Positions 1 to 8,778 are shown, numbered from the stretch's first letter. The stretch is 32,000 nt of DNA from an archaeon (GCA_024277355.1 JAJRVL010000009.1:1-32000); one strand, 5' to 3'. The notes: generated by a model from the letters alone, not told the origin. A program made the numbers and translations.

Positions 1-774
1 ACCAACACAGGACCAAGAAACACAACACAAAAAGACTTTACAGTAAGTATAACTCCAACAGAATTAGTTGATGAATTGCCTTTTGTTTTAACTGTTAGTT
101 CTGATGCAAATCCTTTGCAAAACACAAAAATTTCTTATGCAGGAAAAACTTATTTTACTAACACAAAAGGACAGGTTACTTTGAAAACAAACAAAGATTA
201 TTTAATTTTAAAAGCAAGCAAAACAGATTATAAAACTCAAAGCATAATTCTTGACGTAAAATTATCTGAATGCGGAAATAATATTTGTGAAACACCGCAT
301 GAAAATTCAAGTAATTGTTTGATTGACTGCGAATTGCAAAATAAACTAAAAATAACTGTTACTTCTCAGAAAAAATTATTAATTATTAAAGTAACTGATT
401 CGCAAAATAATCCTGTTTCAGACGTTCAGTTAACTTATGGAAACCAAACAAAAAATACTAATACAACAGGAATAATTGAATTCAATGAATTAGAAGGAAC
501 ACAAACAATCACTGCAGTAAAACAAGGGTTTGTTAATGGAACATTAAATTATTTCCCTGAACAAACATGCATTGAAGGAACAACACAACAATGTTCAACA
601 ACAAATGACTGCAAAGGAATTCAAACATGTGAAAATGGTTTATGGAGTTCTTGTGCTGATATTCCAAATGACTCTTGTCCTGCAGAAAATAACGGTTTAA
701 CTACAATAATTCTTTCAATAATTTTTGTTATAGGAATAGGTTTATTAGTAGCAACAAAATTAATGGCTAATTAA
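1..774 (+). CDS. Secreted/cell-surface protein, C-terminal part (ORF open to the window edge), membrane-anchored
   Basis: Frame 1 has no stop from nt 1 (TNTGPRNTTQKDF...), so the M at 76 is internal. It has repeated beta-rich modules, Cys-rich linkers (CGNNICETPHENSSNCLIDC; CSTTNDCKGIQTCENGLWSSC) and a hydrophobic C-terminal anchor (TTIILSIIFVIGIGLLVA). Confidence 0.55.
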   Translation, partial: TNTGPRNTTQKDFTVSITPTELVDELPFVLTVSSDANPLQNTKISYAGKTYFTNTKGQVTLKTNKDYLILKASKTDYKTQSIILDVKLSECGNNICETPHENSSNCLIDCELQNKLKITVTSQKKLLIIKVTDSQNNPVSDVQLTYGNQTKNTNTTGIIEFNELEGTQTITAVKQGFVNGTLNYFPEQTCIEGTTQQCSTTNDCKGIQTCENGLWSSCADIPNDSCPAENNGLTTIILSIIFVIGIGLLVATKLMAN

Positions 775-1006
775 ATCTTATGTATACTTTCAAAAAACTA
801 TTTAAAGATTTTTATAAAAATATTATTCTGGTATTGGGAGTTAAGGAAGCAAGTTATACTGTGAAACAGATCCCTGGCTTGCTTTTTTAACAACTATTTT
901 TTCAGAAAAATGAAATCACCAAAAATGCTTTTTGCTTTGCAAAAAATTCTTGTTTTTTAAAATTCAAATCCTTTATTAATTTTTCCAGACAATTTTGTTA
1001 TTGATT

Positions 1007-1057
1007 GTTTTTGTTTTAACAAAAACGTTTTTAATTAAACTTTTTTTAAAAAAGTTT
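1007..1057. repeat. Composite AT-rich palindromic element (B-type hairpin + TTTTTAATTAAAC + A-type hairpin) ending 3 nt before tRNA-Ser
   Basis: gtttttgttttaacaaaaac (1007-1026) is followed by gtttttaattaaac, then aaactttttttaaaaaagttt (1037-1057). A further B-type hairpin, tttttgctttgcaaaaa, lies at about 929-945. TTAATTAAA falls at about -30 to -22 relative to tRNA +1, so it may double as a TATA box. Confidence 0.7.
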
Positions 1058-1060
1058 ACT

Positions 1061-1143
1061 GCAGAGGTGGCGGAGCGGTTTAACGCGCCGGCCTTGAGAG
1101 CCGGTGTCCTTTGGACGCGCGAGTTCGAATCTCGTCCTCTGCG
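1061..1143 (+). tRNA. tRNA-Ser(UGA), class II with long variable arm
   Basis: Acceptor gcagagg/cctctgc, anticodon stem ccggc/gccgg with loop cTTGAga, variable stem gtcc/ggac, T arm gcgag-ttcgaat-ctcgt, discriminator G. Confidence 0.9.
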
Positions 1144-1258
1144 TTCGCGCTTTCGAGCGCGAGAACCGAAGCACTGCCTTCGCTGTTGCTCGGCAGAGCA
1201 TGCACAGCTTTATGCTGTGCACTGGTGCCAGCTGACAGAGGCAGTTGATGTGATGTGA
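1144..1258 (+). other. GC-rich structured trailer downstream of tRNA-Ser(UGA), function unknown
   Basis: About 115 nt that is clearly more GC-rich than its surroundings. Hairpins: tcgcgc-tttcga-gcgcga, ctgcc..ggcag, and a perfect 9-bp stem gtgcacagc-tttat-gctgtgcac followed by CTG. Track ORFs 995..1258 and 1080..1340 are artefacts of this region. Confidence 0.4.
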
Positions 1259-1264
1259 TAAAAA

Positions 1265-1831
1265 ATGAAAAAAATTTTTTTGTTAATTGTTTTTGGATTA
1301 ATTCTTTCAGGATGTATTCAAAACAATACTGAAAATACAAACACAGAAAATAACTTAAATAATTTAAATGAAATAAAAGAAAATAATTCAGGAGGAGTTG
1401 AATTGAGTAATACAGTAGAAAAAGGAGATTTAATTAAAGTTGAATATATAGGAAAGTTTCCTGACACAAAAGAAGTTTTTGATAAAAGTGAAGGCAGAGG
1501 CCCATTAGAGTTTACAGCAGGCGCAGGACAAATGATTAAAGGATTTGATGATGCAGTTATAGGCATGAAATTAAATGAAGAAAAAACTGTAATTATTGCT
1601 CCAGAAGATGCTTATGGTTCAGCTGATTCAGGAAAAAAAGCTGAAGTCCCTATAGCTCAAATTCAAGGAGAAGAAGAAGTAAAAGTTGGTTCAACTCTTT
1701 TTGCAGGAAATGGCCAGCAGGGAACAGTAATTGAAATAAAAGATGATATAGCAGTAATTGAATTCAAGCATCCAATGGCAGGAAAAACATTAGAGTTCTG
1801 GATTAAAGTTGTGGAAATAACTAAAGCTTAA
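1265..1831 (+). CDS. FKBP-type peptidyl-prolyl cis-trans isomerase, predicted lipoprotein
   Basis: N-terminal signal peptide with lipobox LILSGC. FKBP core motifs GDLIKVEYIGKF...GPLEFTAGAGQMIKGFDDAVIGMKLNEEK...PEDAYG and C-terminal HPMAGKTLEFWIKVVEI (SlyD-like). Confidence 0.85.
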   Translation: MKKIFLLIVFGLILSGCIQNNTENTNTENNLNNLNEIKENNSGGVELSNTVEKGDLIKVEYIGKFPDTKEVFDKSEGRGPLEFTAGAGQMIKGFDDAVIGMKLNEEKTVIIAPEDAYGSADSGKKAEVPIAQIQGEEEVKVGSTLFAGNGQQGTVIEIKDDIAVIEFKHPMAGKTLEFWIKVVEITKA

Positions 1832-1846
1832 TCCTTTTTCTTTTTT

Positions 1847-3019
1847 TTAATTTTGTTTTATTTTTTTATATGCTTCTCTAAAAGGAATTCCTTGTTTAAC
1901 TAATTTATGAATTTCTTTAACTGAATGCATTTCTTTTGTTATTCCTTTACTGCAGTTTTCTTTGTTTACTTTTGTTTTATTCAATACAATTTTTATTATT
2001 TTAAGGCAGTTTTTTGTATTGTTAAATCCTTTTATTACTGGCTCTTTAGTTAACTGAAAATCCCTATTATATCCTGAAATAAGGTTTCCAATAATATTTT
2101 TTATTTGAAATTCAAAAGCTAAATTTTCATAATATTTTGCCCTGACTATTTCTAATGCATCAGGATTTTTTTTATGAGGCATAATTGAACTTCCAGTGCA
2201 AATTTCTTTATTTAATTCAATAAAACCAAATTCACTCATGTTAAACAAAAGCATATCAGAAGAAATTTTATTTAAATCAAACATTACTTGGTTTAATGAA
2301 TTAAGAATAATTGACTCAAATTTTCCCCGGCTGTTCTGAACATAAATTGAATTATTCTGTATTTTTTTAAATCCAAGCAATTTTTTTGTTAATTTCCTGT
2401 CAGTTTTTACCGGAAGATTATATCCTGCGCCTGTTCCTAAAGGACTTTGGTCAAGAAGTTTATTAACAAAAAAAATTAATTTTTTGTTATCCTGCATTGA
2501 TTCAATAAAAGCCTGGCTCCATAAGCCAGCAGAAGAAGGAACTGCTTTCTGCATATGAGTATAGCCTGGCATTGCAATTTTTCCGTATTTTTTTTTAAAC
2601 AAAAATAATTCTTTAATTAATGCATCAATTAACTTAATTACATCTTTTATTTCATTTTTGTAATACAACCTTAATGCAGTTAAAACCTGATCATTCCTTG
2701 ACCTTAAAGCATGAATTTTTTTTCCTGTTTTACTTAATTTTTTTACAAGAAAATTTTCTATTGAAGTATGACAGTCTTCATCTTCTTTTTTTATTTTAAA
2801 TTTTTTTTGTTTGTCAAGTTTAATTATTTCATTTAATGCATTAATTATTTCACTGCATTCTTTTTTATTCAGTAATCCTTTTTTTTTCAGCATTATTGCG
2901 TGTGCAATTGAAGCAATACAGTCATATTTAATCAGTTTCTTGTCTAATAAAAAATCATTGCCTACAGTAAACTCTTCTATTTCTTTATTTAGTTTTAATT
3001 TTTTTTCCCATAACTTCAT
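1847..3019 (-). CDS. argH: Argininosuccinate lyase (compact, 390 aa)
   Basis: Fumarate-lyase family motifs [10 protein letters not shown] and [13 protein letters not shown]-terminus is ASL-like (LWEKK...ASIAHAIML). The start overlaps the argG stop by 4 nt. It appears tens of residues shorter than the ASLs I recall, ending soon after [11 protein letters not shown]. Confidence 0.9.
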   Translation of the reverse strand: MKLWEKKLKLNKEIEEFTVGNDFLLDKKLIKYDCIASIAHAIMLKKKGLLNKKECSEIINALNEIIKLDKQKKFKIKKEDEDCHTSIENFLVKKLSKTGKKIHALRSRNDQVLTALRLYYKNEIKDVIKLIDALIKELFLFKKKYGKIAMPGYTHMQKAVPSSAGLWSQAFIESMQDNKKLIFFVNKLLDQSPLGTGAGYNLPVKTDRKLTKKLLGFKKIQNNSIYVQNSRGKFESIILNSLNQVMFDLNKISSDMLLFNMSEFGFIELNKEICTGSSIMPHKKNPDALEIVRAKYYENLAFEFQIKNIIGNLISGYNRDFQLTKEPVIKGFNNTKNCLKIIKIVLNKTKVNKENCSKGITKEMHSVKEIHKLVKQGIPFREAYKKIKQN

Positions 3020-4236
3020 TTTTTTTCACTACTCAATTTAAACCTTAATCCGGTAATTTTAATGAATCCTTTTGCATCTTCCTGATTAAAATTTCCTTCT
3101 TCTTCCATACTGGAAATTTTCTGATTATACAAAGAGTTTTTTGATTCCCTTCCTGAAATAATTATGTTTCCTTTGTATAATGAAAGAAAAACTTTTCCTG
3201 AAACAGTTTTCTGACTTTTGTTTACTGCAGTCATTAAAAATTCCATTTCAGGAGAAAACCAAAATCCATTATAAATTATTTTTGCAATCAAAGGAACAAA
3301 TAATTCTTTTAAATGCATTACTTCTTTATCCAAAGTAATTGATTCTAAATCTTTATGTGCATTAAATAAAATTGTTCCAGCAGGGGTTTCATAAACTCCC
3401 CTTGATTTTATTCCGATAAAACGATTTTCCACTAAATCAATTCTTCCAATTCCGTTTTCTCCACCTAATTTATTCAAATATTTAAATAATTCCAGTGAAC
3501 CTTTAACTTCTTTTTTTTCATTTAAATTAATTACTTTAACTGGAATTCCTTTTTCAAATTCAATACAAATTTCAGTTTCTTTTTCTAAAGCATTTTTTGG
3601 AGATTTAGTTAACTTAAACATTTCTTCTTTTGGTTTATTTAATGGATTTTCAAGTATTCCTGACTCAAAACTTAAATGCATTAAATTTTCATCCATGCTA
3701 AAAGGTTTTTCAAGACTTGCATCAATAGGAATTCCTTCTTTTTTTGCATAATTAATTAAATCTCCCCTTCCTTTGAATTGTTCAAGCCAGTCTTTTTCTT
3801 TCCATGGACTAATAATTTCAGCTTCAGGCAAAAATTTCATCCAGGTTAACTCAAACCTTACTTGATCATTTCCTTTTCCTGTACATCCATGAGCAAGAAC
3901 ATTAGTTTTTTCTTTTACTGCTATTTCAACTTGTTTTTTTGCAATCAAAGGCCTTGCTAAAGCAGTTCCTAATAAATATTTTCCTTCATAAACTGCATTA
4001 GCTTTTAATGATTCAAAAATAAATTCTTCAACAAACTCTTTTTTTAAATCTTCAACAAAAACTTTTTTTGCGCCAATCTCAAAAGCTTTTTCTTTTACTT
4101 TTTCAAAGTTCTCTTTCTGCCCTATATCAGCTACAAAAGCAATTACTTCAAATCCTTTATTTACAAGCCATTTCAAAATTACAGAAGTATCTAATCCTCC
4201 GCTGTAAGCCAAAACAACTTTCTTGTTTTTTTCCAT
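3016..4236 (-). CDS. argG: Argininosuccinate synthase
   Basis: N-terminal ATP-PPase motif [12 protein letters not shown], plus [13 protein letters not shown] and [16 protein letters not shown]. Length is typical at 406 aa. Confidence 0.95.
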   Translation of the reverse strand: MEKNKKVVLAYSGGLDTSVILKWLVNKGFEVIAFVADIGQKENFEKVKEKAFEIGAKKVFVEDLKKEFVEEFIFESLKANAVYEGKYLLGTALARPLIAKKQVEIAVKEKTNVLAHGCTGKGNDQVRFELTWMKFLPEAEIISPWKEKDWLEQFKGRGDLINYAKKEGIPIDASLEKPFSMDENLMHLSFESGILENPLNKPKEEMFKLTKSPKNALEKETEICIEFEKGIPVKVINLNEKKEVKGSLELFKYLNKLGGENGIGRIDLVENRFIGIKSRGVYETPAGTILFNAHKDLESITLDKEVMHLKELFVPLIAKIIYNGFWFSPEMEFLMTAVNKSQKTVSGKVFLSLYKGNIIISGRESKNSLYNQKISSMEEEGNFNQEDAKGFIKITGLRFKLSSEKK

Positions 4237-4364
4237 TAAAATTACTTGTTTAAAGAAGTTATTATTTCTGATGACCCAAACAAAACTAAAAATAACTTTT
4301 TTGTTTCAAATAAAACAAAAGTATGAAATTAAACTAAATTGTTCTAAAAGAAACATTTAAATAT

Positions 4365-5021
4365 TTGTCAACTCATTATTTTCTTATGCCTTCTACAACA
4401 GAATTAACTGAAAATTTTATTGAATCACATCCAAGCATTAAAGACTGCTTAAAGAATGAAGTAATTAATTATTCAAAGCTTTCAAGGAAAATTTCCAAAG
4501 AATTAGGAATCCAAAAAAAATCAAGCATTGAAGCTATTCTTGTTGCCTGCAGAAGGTATTCATTTAAATTAAAGAAAACAAAAGTTTTAGAAGAAAAAAT
4601 AATGAATATTCTGAAAAAAAGTGAATTAGAAATAAAAAATAAAATTATTGTTGTAGTAATAGACAAAAAAATTTATGCGGATTATTTAATTGAAATTGAA
4701 AAAAAAGTCAGGAAAACCGCTGACACTTTTTATGCAATTGAAGGAGTTAATGTTTTTACTGTTATTGCGTCAGAAAAATATCTTGAAGACTTCAATAAAC
4801 TTTTTAAAAAGAATATAATTAATGTTTCAAAAAATCTTGCTTTAATTACTCTTAAAAGCCCTGAATCAATGGAAAACACTCCTGGTGTTGTTTCGTTTCT
4901 TTTTTCTGTTTTTGCTGAAAATAATGTTAATATTGTTGAAACAATGAGCTGCTGGACGGACACAATTTTTGTTGTCTCAGAAAAAGATGTTTCTCCAGCA
5001 ATGAATTTCTTAAAGTTCTGA
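4365..5021 (+). CDS. ACT-domain protein, putative amino-acid-metabolism regulator (COG2150-like); the ATG at 4386 is the more likely start
   Basis: The track start is TTG at 4365; the first ATG at 4386 gives MPSTTELTENF. The C-terminal 70 aa (LALITLKSPESMENTPGVVSFLFSVFAENNVNIVETMSCWTD) look like an ACT fold. The assignment comes from remembered family features only. Confidence 0.45.
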   Translation: MSTHYFLMPSTTELTENFIESHPSIKDCLKNEVINYSKLSRKISKELGIQKKSSIEAILVACRRYSFKLKKTKVLEEKIMNILKKSELEIKNKIIVVVIDKKIYADYLIEIEKKVRKTADTFYAIEGVNVFTVIASEKYLEDFNKLFKKNIINVSKNLALITLKSPESMENTPGVVSFLFSVFAENNVNIVETMSCWTDTIFVVSEKDVSPAMNFLKF

Positions 5022-5068
5022 ATTCAACTGGCTTTTCTTTTAAAATACTTTTTTTTCTTAATTTTTTA

Positions 5069-5431
5069 ATGAACTTTGATTTAACTAAACTTAACTTAAA
5101 CAAAAAAACCTGGCTTAGACTTTTACTTCTGCCTTTTCTTTTGTATTCTTTTTATTTAGCTAAATTTCCTTTAGAAATAATTGTTTTTTTTGGAGTTTTC
5201 TTTTTGTTAATAATTTTGTTCAGAACTCATTTTTACCAGAAAATTGAATTTCATTTAGGAAAAAAATTTCCTTTTATTCATGAATGGCATCCCTGGAAAA
5301 AAAAAGCATTAATTATTTTAGTTTTTATTTTAATTTATGGATTAATAAAACAAATACTTTTTTTCTCTTTAAATATATTTTTTGGAATTGATTTAGAAGA
5401 AATGCTTTTAGAAAACCTTAATTCACTTTAA
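5069..5431 (+). CDS. Small integral membrane protein, unknown function
   Basis: 120 aa with about 3 hydrophobic helices. No recognisable motif. Confidence 0.4.
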   Translation: MNFDLTKLNLNKKTWLRLLLLPFLLYSFYLAKFPLEIIVFFGVFFLLIILFRTHFYQKIEFHLGKKFPFIHEWHPWKKKALIILVFILIYGLIKQILFFSLNIFFGIDLEEMLLENLNSL

Positions 5432-5529
5432 TAAGCTTTTTTAATTCTTTTTATTGCATTATACTGTAAAGGTGAATTAAATTAAATTTCATTTCTTAAA
5501 TTTATTAAGGCAAATAAAAAATTCTTTTA

Positions 5530-5882
5530 ATGACAAAGAAGTCAAAGTTTTATTAATCATAGTTTTTTTTAGTATTGTTTTTGGAGGATTATTTTATCAT
5601 TATGCTGAAGGCTGGACTTTTTTTGATTCAATTTATTTTTCTGTTATAACTTTAACTACAATTGGTTTTGGAGATTTATATCCAAAAACTTTCGCAGGAA
5701 AACTTTTCACTATTTTTTATGTTTTTATAGGTATAGGAATAATTTTCCTTTTTATAAATAAAATTTCTTCTAATGCAATAAAAGAATATCCTGCAATAAA
5801 AGTAATTGAAAAAAAACCTTCAATAAAAAAAGAAATAAAAAAAGAAATAAGAAAAGCACAAAGAAAATTAAATAAAAAATAA
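5530..5882 (+). pseudogene. Two-TM K+ channel with intact selectivity filter but no canonical start in its frame (probable 1-nt frameshift after an ATG at 5530)
   Basis: The frame open from 5481 to the TAA at 5880-5882 encodes ...VKVLLIIVFFSIVFGGLFYHYAEGWTFFDSIYFSVITLTTIGFGDLYPKTFAGKLFTIFYVFIGIGIIFLF..., which contains a TTIGFGD filter. That frame has no ATG, GTG or TTG. ATG 5530 (MTKKSKFY*) lies in a different frame just upstream of the first TM segment. The ORF track does not list this gene. Confidence 0.6.
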
Positions 5883-5992
5883 CAAAACAAAGAAAAATAA
5901 AAATAAGTTAATTAAGAAATCACAAAATAAAAATTAATTAAAATAAAGTGAAATGAAAAAATCAATAAAAAAATTAAATTTAAGTGAAATAA

Positions 5993-6502
5993 ATGAATAA
6001 AGTAATTCTTGTTGCAGGCTCTCATAATGCTTCAATTAAAGCAATGAATTTAGCTGAAGAAACAGGAAAAGAAATAGCAAAAAATAATTGTGTTTTAATT
6101 TGCGGAGGCTTAACAGGAGTAATGCAGGCTTCATGCAAAGGAATAAAACAAGAAAAAGGAATTTCAGTTTGTGTTATTCCATCTAATAATAAATCTGATG
6201 CAAATGAATTTTGTTCAATTGTAATTCCTTCAGGAATAGGTTTTGGAAGAAACTTTATTTTAGTTAATTCAGCTGACGCAGTAATTTTAATTGAAGGGCA
6301 AGCAGGAACTTATATTGAAGCTTTAGCTTCTTATTTACAAAAAAAACCAATTATTGCTTTAACTGATTCAGGCGGAATAACAGATAAAATTAAAGACACT
6401 TTTTTAGATGACAATAAAACAATTAAAATTCTTTCAGCTTCCACTCCAAAACAAGCAGTTGAATTAGCTTTAAAAAAAATAACTGAAAAAAACTCAAAAT
6501 AA
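5993..6502 (+). CDS. TIGR00725/LOG-like Rossmann-fold protein (lysine-decarboxylase-like family)
   Basis: Pattern ILVAGS...CGGLTGVMQASCKG...VIPS...ILIEGQAGTYIEAL is typical of the SLOG/TIGR00725 family. Confidence 0.55.
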   Translation: MNKVILVAGSHNASIKAMNLAEETGKEIAKNNCVLICGGLTGVMQASCKGIKQEKGISVCVIPSNNKSDANEFCSIVIPSGIGFGRNFILVNSADAVILIEGQAGTYIEALASYLQKKPIIALTDSGGITDKIKDTFLDDNKTIKILSASTPKQAVELALKKITEKNSK

Positions 6503-6550
6503 TTCCTTTTTAATAGTTTTTTTACTGAAATTTTAAAGACTTATTTACTT

Positions 6551-6605
6551 GTTTTTGCTTTAGCAAAAACCGTTTTTTGATTAAACTTTTTTTTGAAAAA
6601 AGTTT
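6551..6605. repeat. Composite palindromic element (B + A hairpins) ending 3 nt before tRNA-Ser(GGA)
   Basis: gtttttgctttagcaaaaac (6551-6570), then cgttttttgatt, then aaacttttttttgaaaaaagttt (6583-6605). The architecture and the ...aaaagtttact|gcagagg junction match those at 1007-1060. Confidence 0.7.
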
Positions 6606-6608
6606 ACT

Positions 6609-6692
6609 GCAGAGGTGGCTGAGTGGTTAAAAGCGCCAGCTTGGAAAGCTGGTATCTTCACGGATACGCGAGTTCGAATCTCGTCCTCTGCG
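6609..6692 (+). tRNA. tRNA-Ser(GGA), class II
   Basis: Acceptor and T arm are identical to the tRNA-Ser at 1061. Anticodon stem ccagc/gctgg with loop tTGGAaa. Confidence 0.9.
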
Positions 6693-6747
6693 TTCCGAGC
6701 TACTCCTCGGAAGGGAGCGTGCTATCTTACGATAGCACTGCATAAAC
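6693..6747 (+). other. Conserved double-hairpin 3' trailer (H1 ttccgag-ctactc-ctcggaa; H2 tgctatc-ttac-gatagca; then CTGCATAAAC)
   Basis: It starts directly after the tRNA discriminator. Its H2 sequence and the downstream CTGC.ATAAAC are shared with the trailers at 8779-8843, 21713-21766 (-) and 28373-28429 (-). Confidence 0.6.
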
Positions 6748-6815
6748 TTTTAAGAAAAGTTGTATCAAAAAATGGCTAACGCCAAAAACAACTTTTAAGA
6801 AATTTAATCAAAAAG
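6744..6815. repeat. Two inverted-orientation A-type palindromic units separated by the hairpin tggctaacgcca
   Basis: aaacttttaagaaaagttgtatcaaaaaa (6744-6772) and the degenerate aacaacttttaagaaatttaatcaaaaag (about 6787-6815). Orientation is opposite to the unit upstream of the tRNA. Confidence 0.55.
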
Positions 6816-6837
6816 CTTACTGTTTGTTTAGAAGATT

Positions 6838-7683
6838 TCATTTAAGATGTATTTTATATCTTCCCTGTTGATGTGTAATTGGTATTGGTTTTTTGATTAA
6901 CCATTTCTTGATTTTTGATGGTTTTTTTAGTTCAGTTGAAACAACCTTGTTTTTTATTTTACTGACTATTACAGCTTTTTTTTTGGCTTTATCTAAAATT
7001 AATGCTATTCCTCCTTTAGCAAGTTTTTTTGTAATATCAAATAAATCATTTGGCCTAATATTTAATCCTTCTGCAGGAACTAAAATTAAATGAGTTTTTT
7101 TATTTGATTTTTTTGCAGGATGCAAATCCATTTCTCTTTGATTTGTTATGTCTGCACAAACTCGCATTTCAATTGTTTTTCCTTTAAATTCAATTCTGGG
7201 AAAAGACTTAATTTTTTTTGCTAACTTATAAAACTTTTTTTTTGCTTCTTTTTTATTTCCTCTTGAATTTCTTGCTATTACCTCTGTTTCTCCTTGAGTT
7301 AAATTTTTTCCTTGATTATATGTTGCTAATTTAGGATAAGCTTTATACCCTGATAAATTTTGTTTTGTTTGAGGAAAAATCAAATAACCCGTATTAGTAA
7401 TCAAAGGATTTTTTCTTTTTTCTGTTTTTCCTTTTCTGTGTTCAAAAACAGAATAAGAAACACTTGCTTTTCCATGAATACTTAAAATTGGAGTAATTAA
7501 TTTTGCAATTACTTTTCCGTTAATTCTGCTTATTGGAGTGTTTCCTAAAACTGCTTCAGGAAAAAGAATAATTAAAGGTTTTCCTTTGAATTCATGAACA
7601 GTAGTTCTTACTTCATTAATTAACTGCTGAGATGACTCAAAAGTTTTATTTATTGCAACAATATTAACAGGTGTTTTTTCCAT
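6838..7683 (-). CDS. Hypothetical basic protein; weak resemblance to the carbon-nitrogen hydrolase (nitrilase) fold
   Basis: 281 aa. Strand-like segments VNIVAIN, LIILFPEAV (Glu), GYKAYPKL (Lys), IEMRVCADI (Cys) and HLILVPAEG occur in the E-K-C order of CN hydrolases. The C-terminus is very Lys-rich. The fold call is speculative. Confidence 0.5.
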   Translation of the reverse strand: MEKTPVNIVAINKTFESSQQLINEVRTTVHEFKGKPLIILFPEAVLGNTPISRINGKVIAKLITPILSIHGKASVSYSVFEHRKGKTEKRKNPLITNTGYLIFPQTKQNLSGYKAYPKLATYNQGKNLTQGETEVIARNSRGNKKEAKKKFYKLAKKIKSFPRIEFKGKTIEMRVCADITNQREMDLHPAKKSNKKTHLILVPAEGLNIRPNDLFDITKKLAKGGIALILDKAKKKAVIVSKIKNKVVSTELKKPSKIKKWLIKKPIPITHQQGRYKIHLK

Positions 7684-7692
7684 TAAATCACT

Positions 7693-8565
7693 TTACACTT
7701 CTATATTTAAAAAATATCTTACAATAAATCCAATTAAAAAAGTAATTAATGCTACTCCTAAACTTATGCCTGCCATTTCAAAAAAACGATGTTTAAAGTT
7801 TAAATCTTTTGCAACTGAAATATAAAAAGTAAAAATAAAAATAATTATTATTGCGTTAATTAACATTGAAATTAAACTAACATAAATATCAGAAAAAACA
7901 AAATAAGGCAGAATTAAAAACAATACTGTGAAAACATATGCTGTTCCGGTATAAACTGAAGCCTTTAATGGATTCTTGAAATTTTCTTCGGTTTTTTTAG
8001 ATAAATATTCTGATGCAGCCATAGATAATGAAGCAGCAATTCCTGTAATTAATCCTGCAACAGCAATTAACTGGGAGTTCTGAAATACAAGAGTTAATCC
8101 TGCTAATGCTCCTGTTAATTCAACTAAAGCATCATTTAATCCTAATACAATTGAACCAACATACTCTAATTTTTCTTCTCTTAATAAATTAATTAATTTT
8201 CTTTCATGTTCGTTTTCATCTTTAATTATTTCTTTTACTTCAGGGATTTCTTTCAGTAATTTTTCGTATTCTTGTTGTGCTTTTTCTTCTCCGTTTTCCA
8301 TTAATTTTATTCCAAAAGTCAACCCAAAAATCTTTGAAATTAAATAATATTTCTGTATTTTAAATTTATCTGGCTGAACTTCTTTTCCAGTTAATTTTTT
8401 CCAGAATTCATAATGCTTTAATTCGTCTTTGGCAATTTTTTCTAAAATTTTTTTGTTTTCTGTTTCTTTTGTTTTTTCAGCTAATTTTTTATAAATAAAA
8501 TGTTCTGTTATTTCGCTTTCCTGCATTTCAAGAATAGTTTTTCTTGTTTTTTCTTTTAACTGCAT
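7693..8565 (-). CDS. Ferritin-like (rubrerythrin-type) domain fused to a VIT1/CCC1 Fe/Mn transporter domain
   Basis: N-terminal ExxH-type four-helix signature (EITEHFIYKKLA...KDELKHYEFW...ENEHERKL). The C-terminal 150 aa hold about 5 TM helices with GLNDALVELTGALAG, typical of VIT1. Confidence 0.75.
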   Translation of the reverse strand: MQLKEKTRKTILEMQESEITEHFIYKKLAEKTKETENKKILEKIAKDELKHYEFWKKLTGKEVQPDKFKIQKYYLISKIFGLTFGIKLMENGEEKAQQEYEKLLKEIPEVKEIIKDENEHERKLINLLREEKLEYVGSIVLGLNDALVELTGALAGLTLVFQNSQLIAVAGLITGIAASLSMAASEYLSKKTEENFKNPLKASVYTGTAYVFTVLFLILPYFVFSDIYVSLISMLINAIIIIFIFTFYISVAKDLNFKHRFFEMAGISLGVALITFLIGFIVRYFLNIEV

Positions 8566-8636
8566 AATAATATTAATTAAGTGTCTTGTAATTTAAAAGG
8601 TTTTTTTAATTTTATTTATTATAATAAATTATTTCT

Positions 8637-8719
8637 GCAGGGTTAGCCAAGCGGTCAACGGCGGTAGGTTGAGGGCCTATGACTTAGTGTCTACGGGGGT
8701 TCGAATCCTCCACTCTGCA
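8637..8719 (+). tRNA. tRNA-Leu(GAG), class II
   Basis: Acceptor gcagggt/actctgc (one G-U), D stem gcc/ggc, anticodon stem gtagg/cctat with loop ttGAGgg, variable stem gac/gtc, T arm ggggg-ttcgaat-cctcc, discriminator A. Confidence 0.9.
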
Positions 8720-8720
8720 A

Positions 8721-8750
8721 TTTTTGATCAAACTTTTTTTTAAAAAGTTT
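8721..8750. repeat. A-type palindromic unit between tRNA-Leu and a duplicated tRNA 3' fragment
   Basis: tttttgatcaaacttttttttaaaaagttt. Confidence 0.7.
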
Positions 8751-8778
8751 GCGGGCAGTTTGAATCCTCCACTCTGCA
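8751..8778 (+). pseudogene. Relic copy of the tRNA-Leu 3' end (T loop + acceptor 3' strand)
   Basis: gcgggcagtttgaatcctccactctgca versus the genuine acgggggttcgaatcctccactctgca (8693-8719). The last 17 nt are identical, and the relic can no longer form a T stem. Confidence 0.75.

Noticed and set aside
1144-1258. GC-rich trailer as a 5S rRNA or a C/D-box sRNA
   Set aside because: It lacks the 5S loop signatures I could recall. The C-like (TGATG) and D-like (CTGA) boxes are in the wrong order and spacing for a canonical C/D sRNA.
995-1340. Track ORFs 995..1258 (+) and 1080..1340 (-)
   Set aside because: They run through tRNA-Ser(UGA) and its GC-rich hairpin trailer. Their reading frames are by-products of GC-rich RNA sequence in an AT-rich genome.
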